From the NCBI GenBank assembly GCA_942493285.1, contig OW818691.1:1234321-1298320 (forward strand): a DNA stretch of 64,000 nucleotides, written 5' to 3'. Below the pieces are notes generated by a model. That model saw only the letters and a list, made by a program, of their open reading frames with translations, did no database searches and was not told the DNA's origin. Shown piece after piece: positions 41,851 through 51,945 of the stretch (positions are counted from its first letter, which is position 1; each line of letters starts with the position of its first letter). The translations under genes were made by a program, and so were the position numbers. The DNA comes from an uncultured Myxococcia bacterium (GTDB lineage: Bacteria > Myxococcota_A > UBA9042 > PHBI01).

Positions 41851-42157
41851 GGCTGTCGTGTGCGGAATGTCGTTTGTACAGATTTGCCCCGCCGAGACCC
41901 GTGGCTCACTCCTCGTGGAGTCTTAGAGCCACCGGAGGGTAGGGCGGCTGCCAGGCGTCGACTACTTCTCCCCGCCACGACTCCCGCTCCCACCACCCCG
42001 CCGCACTCCGCCTCGCCTGTATCCGACCGCACCTCGCCAGGCTCCACCTGCGGTCTGCCAGGAACCGCTCCTCCTCGACTCAAGACCCAAATCTCGCAAT
42101 TACCTGAAGCACTTCTCTCCCTTCATCGCGCCAACTCCCGCGTGGCTTCGCGGGGAC

Positions 42158-42249
42158 AACAAGCGCATCGAACTGACGCGGCCTAATCGCGATGGGGCCT
42201 ATCAGCCCCATCGCGATTGATCGGCCGCGCAGCTCATGCGCAGGACGTT
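42158..42249 (+). repeat. attC-like palindrome, copy 15
   Basis: Full-consensus copy. Confidence 0.9.
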
Positions 42250-42357
42250 GTCCGGCGTGCGCACTCAGAACTGGTTGCACTTCAGCGACGCCCCGCGCCT
42301 GGTATCTCCCCACCCCTTCCTTCATCGGCGCTAACCGTCTTCTCGGGAGACGCTCCC

Positions 42358-42712
42358 CTCTGAGGTTGATGGCGTTCTGGAGGTCGCGCAGCGCGACGTT
42401 GACGCCTCGGCTCTGTCGCCGTCGCTCCTTTCTGCGCTTGTCGGCATCTCTCCCTCTGGGGTTGAATGTCGCTCTGGAGGTCCTGCCCGACGTTGACGCC
42501 TCGGTCACCGACGCTCTCGTCCGGCGCTCCTGTCGGCGGACGTTCGTCTCTGGGCTGGATGTCGCTCTTGAGGTCGCGGCGCGTCGTTGTGGTCCTCCTG
42601 GGAGCCTTCCCGACCGCTTGGCGCCTTGCCCTCAGCCCCTTCTGTCCCATCCGTGCGACACTTTGGGACGGTTTGGGACGGTTTGGGACAGCTATGGGAC
42701 AGTTTGGGGTTG
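42358..42712. repeat. ~95-bp degenerate direct repeats (x2.5) followed by 10-bp GGGACRGTTT decamer repeats (x5)
   Basis: Visible repeated blocks TCTGRGGTTGAWTGTCGCTCTKGAGGTC...GACGTTGACGCCTCGG; decamers at 42655-42712; upstream of the diverged IS91-family transposase. Confidence 0.6.
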
Positions 42713-42884
42713 GCTTCACGTAGGCGTGATGCGGTCTTCATGGCTGGCATGGTTTTTGGCAAGAGCTCGGGTCCTCCAACTCAGGGACCTGAACATCTTG
42801 CCGCAATCGAGCCCTTCGACCTCAGCCATCTCCCTGTCTCTTGCTGACGTTCTTCGGCGGTTTGGTGCGAGGTACCGTTCGCGC

Positions 42885-43994
42885 ATGCGTGGGAGTTTGC
42901 CAGAGGAGCATCGGACTGCGATGCGGATGATCGAGAAGTGCCGCACGCCTGCTCTTGGCGGTCATGTTCTGGAGTGCGCGACGTGTGAGGGTGAGCAGGG
43001 GTATGCGTTCAACTCGTGCAATCATCGCTCGTGTCCGAAGTGCATGAGGGAGGCGTCAGCGAAATGGGTTGCAGCTCGGCACGAGGAAGTCCTCCCAGTG
43101 CCGTACTTCCATGTGGTTTTCACGGTGCCGCAGGAGCTGAACGCCATCGTTCGTGACGAGCAGCGGAAGCTCTATCCATTGTTGATGAAGGCGGCCGGGC
43201 AGGCCCTGGTCTCCATCGGGAAGTTGCCTGAGAACCTGGGTGCGACGCCGGCGGTGATGACGTCGCTGCACACGTCTTCGAATACACTCGTGTATCACCT
43301 CCATGTTCACTGTCTGGTTTCGGCTGGCGGTTTGGACGGGGAGGGGAATTGGAAGGCCTCGAAGTCCGAGACACTTGCCCCAACGCGCGCCCTTGGTGCC
43401 AGGTTCCGGTCTCGGGTACTTTCGCTGATGAAGTCAGCGGTGAAGGACCTCAGTGTCCCCGAGGCCGTGCTCAAGAAGGACTGGCAAGTCTACCTCGAGC
43501 TTCCCCACCACGGCACTCCGGCGTTGCTTGAGTACCTCAGTCGTCCGCTTCACTGCGGGCCGTTGTCGGAGTATCGCCTCGAGTCCATGACGGACGAGGA
43601 TGTGGTGTTCCGGTACCAGAAGAGTGGCGACCGGACCTGGCGCACGATGCGGTTGTCTGGACACGAGTTCCTTCGTCGGTTTCTGCAACACGTATGGCCC
43701 AGCGGTGTGCACCGGGTTCACTACTGTGGTCTGTGGCGTCGGAGGTGTCGTGAACAGCTTCGAGCTCTGCGCGCGCTCCTTCTCGGGTCAGCCCCCCCGG
43801 CACCGGCCGCCGCCCCAGTAGCAGCGCGTGCTGACGGGGATGTGCCCTCCGCTGACCTCGAGGTACCCCACTGGCTCAAGTGCCCGCACTGCGCCGGGAC
43901 GCGAGTCGTCGTCGCGCACTTCCGCGCAGGAGCGAAGCTGCCTCCGCTGACGCCACGCGGGTGGGGGGTAATCTCGCCGGAGCCACCGTCGTAG
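42885..43994 (+). CDS. IS91-family transposase, diverged second type (N-terminus may start earlier at a non-ATG codon)
   Basis: ALGGHVLECATCEGEQGYAFNSCNHRSCPKCM, VPYFHVVFTVP, HLHVHCLV; aligns along its length with the 35459-36637 transposase but with different sequence; 600-aa ORF-track call starts inside the attC repeat and is an artefact. Confidence 0.6.
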   Translation: MRGSLPEEHRTAMRMIEKCRTPALGGHVLECATCEGEQGYAFNSCNHRSCPKCMREASAKWVAARHEEVLPVPYFHVVFTVPQELNAIVRDEQRKLYPLLMKAAGQALVSIGKLPENLGATPAVMTSLHTSSNTLVYHLHVHCLVSAGGLDGEGNWKASKSETLAPTRALGARFRSRVLSLMKSAVKDLSVPEAVLKKDWQVYLELPHHGTPALLEYLSRPLHCGPLSEYRLESMTDEDVVFRYQKSGDRTWRTMRLSGHEFLRRFLQHVWPSGVHRVHYCGLWRRRCREQLRALRALLLGSAPPAPAAAPVAARADGDVPSADLEVPHWLKCPHCAGTRVVVAHFRAGAKLPPLTPRGWGVISPEPPS

Positions 43995-44315
43995 TGCAGC
44001 TCACACACCGCTCTGAATCCCACCTCGTCCTCATGGCCTCGCGAGCGGCCGTAAGGGACTGGTCCGTCCGGAGTCGGGTCAGCGCCCCCTCCGAATGCCA
44101 ATTCTTCTCTCTGAAGGCCCGTCAAAGTCGCCTCGAGACCACCCAACTTCCAAGAACCCCCTCGTCGAGGACCGAAAGCCGTCACCGCTCGCTCGCCTTC
44201 AGCCTCCTCCCTGACCACCAGATTCCTATATATCGCATAGGGCCCAGAGGTCCCTCTCGACGGCTTGCAGAGCGGCTCTCACGCCCACCCAAAGCCCATC
44301 CAATGGGCGCCGGAC

Positions 44316-44407
44316 AACAAGCGCATCGAACTGACGCGGCCTAATCGCGATGGGGCCTATCAGCCCCATCGCGATTGATCGGCCGCGCAGCTCATGCGCA
44401 GGACGTT
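44316..44407 (+). repeat. attC-like palindrome, copy 16
   Basis: Full-consensus copy. Confidence 0.9.
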
Positions 44408-44704
44408 GTCGGGCGTGTGCGGCCGGAGCTCGTCGCTATCGAGAGGTCCCAGCGCCACGGATGCAGCCACCCGACTTAGCACTGTTCGTGCCAAACAGCC
44501 GGGCACTCGGATCCGCCTCACCCCCTAACAGAGCCTGCCAACCCGTTGCGCTCTCATCGCTCGGCGTCCCCGACGCTCGCACGATTTTCGCAGCACTGGT
44601 CCAACGTGGCGTCGAGAATGCCAAGGGCGGCAATTGTGCTCCCAGGTTCCGCGTCAGACCGAGTACGAACTCTGTGTGACATCCACCTGAACCACTGGCT
44701 TCAG

Positions 44705-45013
44705 TCAAGTTGGACGACTGAGCCAGTAGCCAGGTCGGCGCCTGCTATGCGCAACCGCGATCACTACAATCCGGTCTCCTCGCGTTTGATACACGAGCAG
44801 ATACGGAAAGGTCGCGAGGGAAATCCTGCGAATCTCGCTTCCGGCGAGGTGCTGTGATGTCCAAAGAGCACCAAGCCGCGGATTGTCGGCAATTCGTCGA
44901 GCGGCGCCCGCCACGGCATCCAGGAATCGAAGTCCAACGCCGGTCCCTCGTTCCTCATACCAGGAGGCAGCAGCGCGCAATTCATCCAGTGCGGCTTGTA
45001 GAAAAGTCAGCAC
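44705..45013 (-). CDS. ParE/RelE-family toxin
   Basis: 102 aa; ...FPYLLVYQTRGDRIVVIAVAHSRR typical ParE C-terminus. Confidence 0.6.
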   Translation of the reverse strand: MLTFLQAALDELRAAASWYEERGTGVGLRFLDAVAGAARRIADNPRLGALWTSQHLAGSEIRRISLATFPYLLVYQTRGDRIVVIAVAHSRRRPGYWLSRPT

Positions 45014-45292
45014 CTATTTGCGCAGCTCCGCCCGAAGCGCAGCAATTGCTTCGAACGCGTCGATCTCACGCGCATCTCCGGAGTCGAGCTCAGCGAGTCG
45101 CCGCTTGACTTCAATGGCCCATATCTCGTCCCACTCTTCGCCGGTCGCGTCGTTGTCCTCATCATCAAGACTTTCCAGCAGGCCAAGTGCGACCGCAGCG
45201 CGGTCCCGCGGAGTTAGCTTCAGTCCGGCGCTAAGAACATTGTTCGTGTTCAGGCCGGCATTGAGGACATTGTTGGTGGCGTCGATACCCAT
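45014..45292 (-). CDS. Addiction-module antitoxin (ParD-like / TIGR02574-type)
   Basis: LTPRDRAAVALGLLESLDDED...EEWDEIWAIEVKRRLAELDSGDAREIDAFEAIAALRAEL; abuts toxin start; start may be later than 45292. Confidence 0.45.
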   Translation of the reverse strand: MGIDATNNVLNAGLNTNNVLSAGLKLTPRDRAAVALGLLESLDDEDNDATGEEWDEIWAIEVKRRLAELDSGDAREIDAFEAIAALRAELRK

Positions 45293-45947
45293 GGCCAGGA
45301 TGGTAGCGCACGTCGGGGCATGGGCCAAGGGTGGTGTTTCGAATCCAGGCCAGGTCCACGCGCACAAACCGAGCCCATCGTCTGAACCAGCCGATCGGAC
45401 GGTAGGTTTGAAGCCTTGCCCGATTACGCGGAGAGTTGGAATCGGCGGGGTCGAGCGACTCAAGTCGCGTCCTCGCGCCGAGTGGCGACGGCGCTATGAC
45501 TGCGCCTTCTTTCTCGCGTCTCGTATTCGATGCGCGCGCTTCACGTGTAGGGCATAGGACGGGTCAAACCCTCTCAGACCCGCTAAAATGAACGACCGGC
45601 CCCCCGGGTGGGCACGTTTGGACCCGTCGGTCGGCCACCCAGCCCCCCCGGTTGGGCACGTTCGGACCCGTCGGTCGGCCTCCCGGCCCCCCGGGTGGGC
45701 ACGTCGGCCTGGTCTGTGGACTCGCCCGGACCACTGGTTGGTATGCCGAGACCCCGACCGAGGGGCGTTCGGACCAGAATCCCAGGGCCAATCGGACGCC
45801 TGTCGCGGCAGCTCCTTCGAAGTCTCCCTTTCTTTGGCCCCCTTCGCGACGGCGCCCTTTCCATCCTTGGAGCGTCGACGCATTGACATGAGCCCATGCG
45901 TGGCCTACGAGAACCCGCAAATGCCACCTCGACGGAGGACTATCGAT

Positions 45948-47288
45948 ATGACGACTCCCGCTAACGCCGCCCGAACCGCCATCGCTTTGTCGCTGTTCGT
46001 CGCCCTGTCCTCAGTTGTTCGCGTCGAGGCCGCCGAGCCGCCCCCGTCCGCCGCGCTGCAGCTCGTCCCCGCGGATGCAGAGGAGTGCCGCGATCAGCCC
46101 GTTCTCGTCGGTCAGACCACGAGGCAGCTGGGCGAGCTCTTCGATCGCGTGAGCACCCTCTTGCAACACGCCCAGATGTTGGGCTGCGCCTACCCTCGGG
46201 GGACCAGAGGGGCTTGGCCCGGCGCATACTGGGGCGAGACCCTGATCCTGGCGTACCTGGCGCGTTCGGAGTACTCTGGCGGCGATCCGGTGATGGTCGC
46301 CTTCGCCTTGAACGCGTACTCTCGCCTCATGGTGCGCCCGGAGGCCCCTTTCCGGGAGCAACGCAAGAACATCGCCGCCGTCCTTGCAGGGTACCACCGC
46401 CTGATGCCGCTCGACGTGATCACCAGGGCGGTCCGCGCAGCGCTCCCAGTGGCACTCGCAGAGGTGTTGATCGCGGGCTGCGCGGAGGGATTCGATGACG
46501 CGCGCGCCCAGGGGCCCGAAGACGCGCTTTGGACGGCATATGAGACGTACGCCACCGAGGCGGCCCCGGTCGCGGTCCTCCTCCGGGAGTTGAGGGCTCA
46601 AGCCGCGAGCGGGGCGACGGATGCCGTGCTTGCACGACTCGACAGCGAGCGCCAAACGCTCCTCGACGCCGCGAAGGACCGCGAGGCAGCCCTGCGCGCT
46701 CCCGCATTTCGGGAGCTCACCGGTATCGCGCGAGCCATCTCCAGCACTTCGGGGGCCCAGCGCCCCTATGAGCAGTTGCTCCCCGAGCCATTGCTTCCCA
46801 CCTGGATGCTGGCCACGACCAAGGACCGTCAGCGAAGGAATCTTCCCTTGACCTCTTCAGCGCTGGATGGCGTCGAAATGGCGTGGCGCGTGGTCCGCGC
46901 AGGCGAGTTCAGGCGCGGCAAACCCACCCCCGGGTCAAACTTCTTTACCGCGCGCGTCAAGAAGGTCGGTCGCGACGCCGACGGGAAGTCCCTAATCGAG
47001 CTCGACAACAAGCAGACCACGTCCTATGCGGGACAGTGTCGCACTACGTTGGTCTTCGTCGACGCGGCGGGACAGGGCTGGGGCAAAGAACGGTGTAGCG
47101 GGTCAGCTGAAATCACGACCACCTCCGGCCCCCCGACGGTGACCTTGCCGACCGCGTCGGTCGCCGCACTCAAGAACGGTCGCTACGTCGAATATTTTTC
47201 GGACGAGGCAGGGGCTACCGGACATCTGGGCCGGGTCTGGGACGCGAAGTTTGACAAGCTGCTCGCCATCGGCCCTTTCCGGCTGTGA
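45948..47288 (+). CDS. Hypothetical secreted protein
   Basis: Start at Met followed by signal-peptide-like TAIALSLFVALSSVVRVEAA; 446 aa. Confidence 0.45.
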   Translation: MTTPANAARTAIALSLFVALSSVVRVEAAEPPPSAALQLVPADAEECRDQPVLVGQTTRQLGELFDRVSTLLQHAQMLGCAYPRGTRGAWPGAYWGETLILAYLARSEYSGGDPVMVAFALNAYSRLMVRPEAPFREQRKNIAAVLAGYHRLMPLDVITRAVRAALPVALAEVLIAGCAEGFDDARAQGPEDALWTAYETYATEAAPVAVLLRELRAQAASGATDAVLARLDSERQTLLDAAKDREAALRAPAFRELTGIARAISSTSGAQRPYEQLLPEPLLPTWMLATTKDRQRRNLPLTSSALDGVEMAWRVVRAGEFRRGKPTPGSNFFTARVKKVGRDADGKSLIELDNKQTTSYAGQCRTTLVFVDAAGQGWGKERCSGSAEITTTSGPPTVTLPTASVAALKNGRYVEYFSDEAGATGHLGRVWDAKFDKLLAIGPFRL

Positions 47289-47581
47289 GCACGTCCCGAT
47301 GCTCCTAGCTCTTCAAATGGCGAAATGGCCATGCATTTGCGCGCACTCACTCTCAAGTATTGCGTCACGTCTGGGAGCTGACGTTCCAAACGCATTCGCC
47401 AGGAGGCAGTTTCAATCGATTGTCGACAGGGCTCGATCTACACACGCGATTAGCGTTTGAGAGTCCGCCGCATTTGTTCTGCCGTTCGGATCGCGACCTC
47501 ACAGGCCGGCCAGAGCCTTCACGACAGCGCCCCCAGGATTGCGCACCGCAATTCGCACATCTTTTCGGAACGGCGCCCGAC

Positions 47582-47669
47582 AACAAGCGCATCGACCATG
47601 ACACCGCCTAATCGCGGGGGCGATGCGCCCCCGCGATTGATCGGCGGTGCAGGTCATGCGCAGGACGTT
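47582..47669 (+). repeat. attC-like palindrome, copy 17: 88-bp variant with compensatory changes (AATCGCGGGGGCG-atg-CGCCCCCGCGATT)
   Basis: Both hairpin arms changed so pairing is kept; arms gcatcgaccatgacacc / ggcggtgcaggtcatgcg also co-vary. Confidence 0.85.
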
Positions 47670-48068
47670 GTCCCGCACGAGGCCTGCTCGTTCCCTCGCC
47701 TTCCTCACCGCCTTCCTCCGAGAGCGACCCGCATCCCTCAAGGCCGCTGCTCCGCCTGCAGGCCCCTGTCGTCTCCTTGCCCTACACGCCGGACTCGCTC
47801 CTGGACGGACGTGCATCCCTCAAGCCCCCGATGCCGGGTCGGTTCCTGGCCCTACGCCTGGCGTTGCTCACTGGGCCGCATCCCCCTCGCAGGGTTGCTC
47901 CTCGCGCTCGCGGTTGAGGTCGCCAGAGTGTCCCAATCGGAGAGACACCTGGCACACTTGGGACAGTTGCGGGACACTTTCGCGAGAAATAGCTGCGTGT
48001 TTTCAAGGGGCTGAGGTTGGCCCGGCTCTTGCTCATGGGTTCGCGTTTCCCAACACGAGAACCCGGTT

Positions 48069-49247
48069 ATGCACACGGAACCTACACGGCTCATCTCTCC
48101 ATCCGTTCAGGGGGTGATTCGGCAGTTCGCGCCCAGCTACATCGCGAAGCATGGCAAGGGGTTACCCCTGTCGCATCGCAAGGCGCTTCGCCTCCTCTCT
48201 CAGTGTCGAACGGTCGCGCTTGGCGGTCACGTGGTCGAGTGCGGCAACTGCAAGGTGCAGGACTACACCTACCATTCTTGCGGCCACCGTTCGTGCCCTC
48301 GCTGCATGTCGGAGGACTGTGATGCGTGGCTTGGCGCTCGCCGGAGTGAGCTGTTGCCGGTTCCTTACTTCCACGTGGTGTACACGGTGCCGGAGGGGCT
48401 GAACGGCGTGGTGCGGAGTCATCAAGGGGAGCTGTATCCAGTGCTGATGCAGGCGGCTGGTAACTCGCTTCTCGCAGTTGCAGCCGCGCCTGAGAACCTG
48501 GGGGGTAGGGTAGGGGTGATGTCGACGCTGCACACGTCGTCGAGTGCGCTGGCGTACCACCTTCACGTGCACTGCCTTGTCCCGGCGGGGTCGGTCGATG
48601 CAGAGGGCGAGTGGCATGACGCGAAGGACTCGCGCCTTGGGTCAGAGAGCGCGCTGGGCAAGGCTTTCCGGGACAAGGTCGGTTCGATGATGAAGGCCGC
48701 AGTCCCCGACGTTGCGCTGCCGGACGGGGTGTTCGACCTCGCGTGGAAGGTGCATCTCGAGGTACCGCAGCACGGGGCGGAGACGGTGCTTCGGTATCTG
48801 GGTCGCTCGGTTCACCGCGGCCCGATGAGTGACCACCGCATCGTGTCTGTGACCGAGACCCATGTCGTGTTCAAGTATCGGGACAAGGACCGCACGAAGG
48901 CCAAGACGATGTGCTTGGACGGCCACGAGTTCCTGCGCCGCTTCCTGCAGCACGTCTGGCCCGACCGGGTGCACAAGGTGCGCTACGCCGGTCTGTGGAG
49001 TCGGGGCTGTCGTCCGCAGCTCCGCGCACTCAGGCAGCGACTCCTGGCAGCCATGCAAGTCGAGCCACCTCCCGCGGTTGGGGAACCGAAACCGCTGCTA
49101 CCCCCTGAGCCCGTCCTACCTCCGTGGCGTCGCTGCCCTCACTGCCAGGCGGAGCGGTTCATCGTGGCTCGCTTCAAGGCGGGAACCACCCCACCACCCC
49201 TGGTGGACCCGCTGCAGGGCACACTACCCGGGATAGACCCTCCCTGA
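48069..49247 (+). CDS. IS91-family transposase (copy 2)
   Basis: 392 aa, few substitutions relative to copy 1. Confidence 0.8.
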   Translation: MHTEPTRLISPSVQGVIRQFAPSYIAKHGKGLPLSHRKALRLLSQCRTVALGGHVVECGNCKVQDYTYHSCGHRSCPRCMSEDCDAWLGARRSELLPVPYFHVVYTVPEGLNGVVRSHQGELYPVLMQAAGNSLLAVAAAPENLGGRVGVMSTLHTSSSALAYHLHVHCLVPAGSVDAEGEWHDAKDSRLGSESALGKAFRDKVGSMMKAAVPDVALPDGVFDLAWKVHLEVPQHGAETVLRYLGRSVHRGPMSDHRIVSVTETHVVFKYRDKDRTKAKTMCLDGHEFLRRFLQHVWPDRVHKVRYAGLWSRGCRPQLRALRQRLLAAMQVEPPPAVGEPKPLLPPEPVLPPWRRCPHCQAERFIVARFKAGTTPPPLVDPLQGTLPGIDPP

Positions 49248-49669
49248 TGGCGAAGCGACGGCCCTTCCGAGTATCCCGTATCCCGTCACGACCTCACGCA
49301 CGAACGTGCGGTCGTCTCGCAGAGATCTGCCCTGTGAACGCCACCGCAAGCCACTCCACGACCGATTTCGAGCGTCGGGAGCGTTCCACGCACCACGAGT
49401 CCTCCAGACTGCCGATCAGACTGCTCTACGGACCCGAAACCGAGGCCTCTTTGACCCGAAAAGGAGGCGATTCGGCTCCCCTCAGAGGGGCCTGCGAGGG
49501 GGCAGAACATATAAAATGCAGTAGGTCACCTCGACCGCTACTGGCAAGGGTCTGCGAGCATTCGCCGTCGTCTCGAGGACTGGCCTTTCTTGGCCACCGC
49601 ACTCACCGCAGGCCCCCGAAGCCCAATCAGCTGGAGTCGAGGCGCTAGCGACTTCAGACGTGCGGGGAC

Positions 49670-49761
49670 AACAAGCGCATCGAACTGACGCGGCCTAATC
49701 GCGATGGGGCCTATCAGCCCCATCGCGATTGATCGGCCGCGCAGCTCATGCGCAGGACGTT
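49670..49761 (+). repeat. attC-like palindrome, copy 18
   Basis: Full-consensus copy. Confidence 0.9.
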
Positions 49762-50137
49762 GTCCGGCGCCACGAGCTATACGCGATCAAGAGCTCGACG
49801 CCCGAGTTTCCCCTTCAACCGGTCTCCGTCCATCGTTCTACCCTTTCTCCAGGCGCTCATCGGCACCTTTGGAATGGGTCAGCTCGGCACCAGCCCCATC
49901 CTTCGCGGGGCACTTCGGCTTTGGCTCCGGGGCGGCTCTACGAAGCACATGTTGTCCGTCGGCTTCCTATGGGTTGCTCTGATGCTGCTCAAGACTGCCG
50001 TGTGTGTGGAGTATCTTGGTCGATTCACCCGCTGGAGTGAGTGACCGTCAGCCTGAATTTGCGGGTGCGGTGCGACGAGACCAGGCCTGTTAGGATTTCC
50101 CGTTGCGTGCGGCGAAACCGGGTGCTAATCACCGCGC

Positions 50138-51280
50138 ATGGTGCGGCGAATGTTCATCCATGAGCTCCCGGGCTGGCCGGGTCTGACTTGGGACGCGGGC
50201 GTCTTGGCCAACGCTCTTGGGCGGGTCCGGCACCGACAAGGTCGCCTGCTTGGGCGCATGGAGGCGCTAGGCTTTGACCTTCGCGACGAAGCGAGCGTCA
50301 TGGTCCTCACACGCGACGTGGTTGAGTCATCCGCGATTGAGGGGGAGCATCTCGACGCGACAGATGTGCGTTCCTCCATTGCACGGAGGCTGGGGCTGCC
50401 GCTCGCGGGATTGGCGTCGCCTCCAAGCCAGCGAGTGGAGGGCATCGTCGAGGTGCTGTTGGATGCGACGCAACGCGCGCGCAAAGGCCTGACCCAAGAG
50501 CGCCTATGGGGCTGGCATGCGGCGTTGTTTCCGACGGGCTTCAGTGGAATGCGTCGAATCACGGTAGGCGCTTGGCGGCCGCCTGAGGCAGGGCCAATGC
50601 AGGTAGTGTCCGGTCCAGTGGGACGGGAGCGCCTGCATTTCGAGGCTCCGGCCGCAGAACGACTCGCAACAGAGATGGGAGAGTTCCTTGCGTGGTTCGA
50701 GTCGTCAACGCAAGCTGCTGATGAACTCGATCCAGTGCTCATTGCCGCGATTGCCCACCTTTGGTTCATCACGATTCACCCGTTCGAGGATGGTAATGGC
50801 CGAATAGGGCGGGCTATAGCGGACATGGCGTTGGCACGCGCCGATGGGATTCCGCAGCGGTTCTATAGTCTCTCGTCGCAGCTCATGACAGAGCGCAAGG
50901 ACTACTACCGTGAGCTCGAAGCAGCTCAGCGCGGCAGTCTCGACATCACGGACTGGCTCGCGTGGTTCCTGGGCTGCTTGGACCGCGCCATTGACCGTTC
51001 CGATGATCTCGTGGCGGGTGTCATGAGGCGTGCGAAGATTTGGAGGCGAGCAGAGGAACAACCTGGGGTGAACGCTCGCCAGCGAACAGTCATTGAGCGC
51101 CTCCTGGGGGACTTCAAGGGGCACCTGACATCATCGAAGTATGCGACATTCGCAAAGTGTTCAAGTGACACGGCTCTACGCGATATCGAGAACTTGGTTG
51201 AACGAGGGATCCTTGTCCGCAATCCAAGTGGGGGACGGAGCACGAGCTATCGACTGGCAGAGGCCGAGTTGTTCTCATGA
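50138..51280 (+). CDS. Fic-family protein (AMPylase-type Fic/Doc toxin)
   Basis: Canonical Fic motif HPFEDGNGRIGR; 380 aa with N-terminal extension. Confidence 0.75.
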   Translation: MVRRMFIHELPGWPGLTWDAGVLANALGRVRHRQGRLLGRMEALGFDLRDEASVMVLTRDVVESSAIEGEHLDATDVRSSIARRLGLPLAGLASPPSQRVEGIVEVLLDATQRARKGLTQERLWGWHAALFPTGFSGMRRITVGAWRPPEAGPMQVVSGPVGRERLHFEAPAAERLATEMGEFLAWFESSTQAADELDPVLIAAIAHLWFITIHPFEDGNGRIGRAIADMALARADGIPQRFYSLSSQLMTERKDYYRELEAAQRGSLDITDWLAWFLGCLDRAIDRSDDLVAGVMRRAKIWRRAEEQPGVNARQRTVIERLLGDFKGHLTSSKYATFAKCSSDTALRDIENLVERGILVRNPSGGRSTSYRLAEAELFS

Positions 51281-51454
51281 GGTCAGGCGTGGACTGAAGT
51301 GCAGGAGCGGCCGCGCGACCATCCCAAACTGGCTGTGTGAAGGTCGTTCGACTTCCTCCGACGAGCCGCTCGTCCCAAGGGGCGTTCCATCCGAGACTCA
51401 GCGCCATCGCAAGAGGCCTAACGCCCTCAAGAGCAGTGTTCCGTGGCGCCCGAC

Positions 51455-51546
51455 AACAAGCGCATCGAACTGACGCGGCCTAATCGCGATGGGGCCTATC
51501 AGCCCCATCGCGATTGATCGGCCGCGCAGCTCATGCGCAGGACGTT
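51455..51546 (+). repeat. attC-like palindrome, copy 19
   Basis: Full-consensus copy. Confidence 0.9.
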
Positions 51547-51945
51547 GTCCCGCACGAGGCCTGCTCGTTCCCTCGCCTTCCTCACCGCCTTCCTCCGAGA
51601 GCGACCCGCATCCCTCAAGGCCGCTGCTCCGCCTGCAGGCCCCTGTCGTCTCCTTGCCCTACACGCCGGACTCGCTCCTGGACGGACGTGCATCCCTCAA
51701 GCCCCCGATGCCGGGTCGGTTCCTGGCCCTACGCCTGGCGTTGCTCACTGGGCCGCATCCCCCTCGCAGGGTTGCTCCTCGCGCTCGCGGTTGAGGTCGC
51801 CAGAGTGTCCCAATCGGAGAGACACCTGGCACACTTGGGACAGTTGCGGGACACTTTCGCGAGAAATAGCTGCGTGTTTTCAAGGGGCTGAGGTTGGCCC
51901 GGCTCTTGCTCATGGGTTCGCGTTTCCCAACACGAGAACCCGGTT

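Larger units (their letters stand above)
47670..49761 (+). mobile_element. IS91-family transposase cassette, copy 2
   Basis: Near-identical 2,000-bp unit. Confidence 0.7.
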
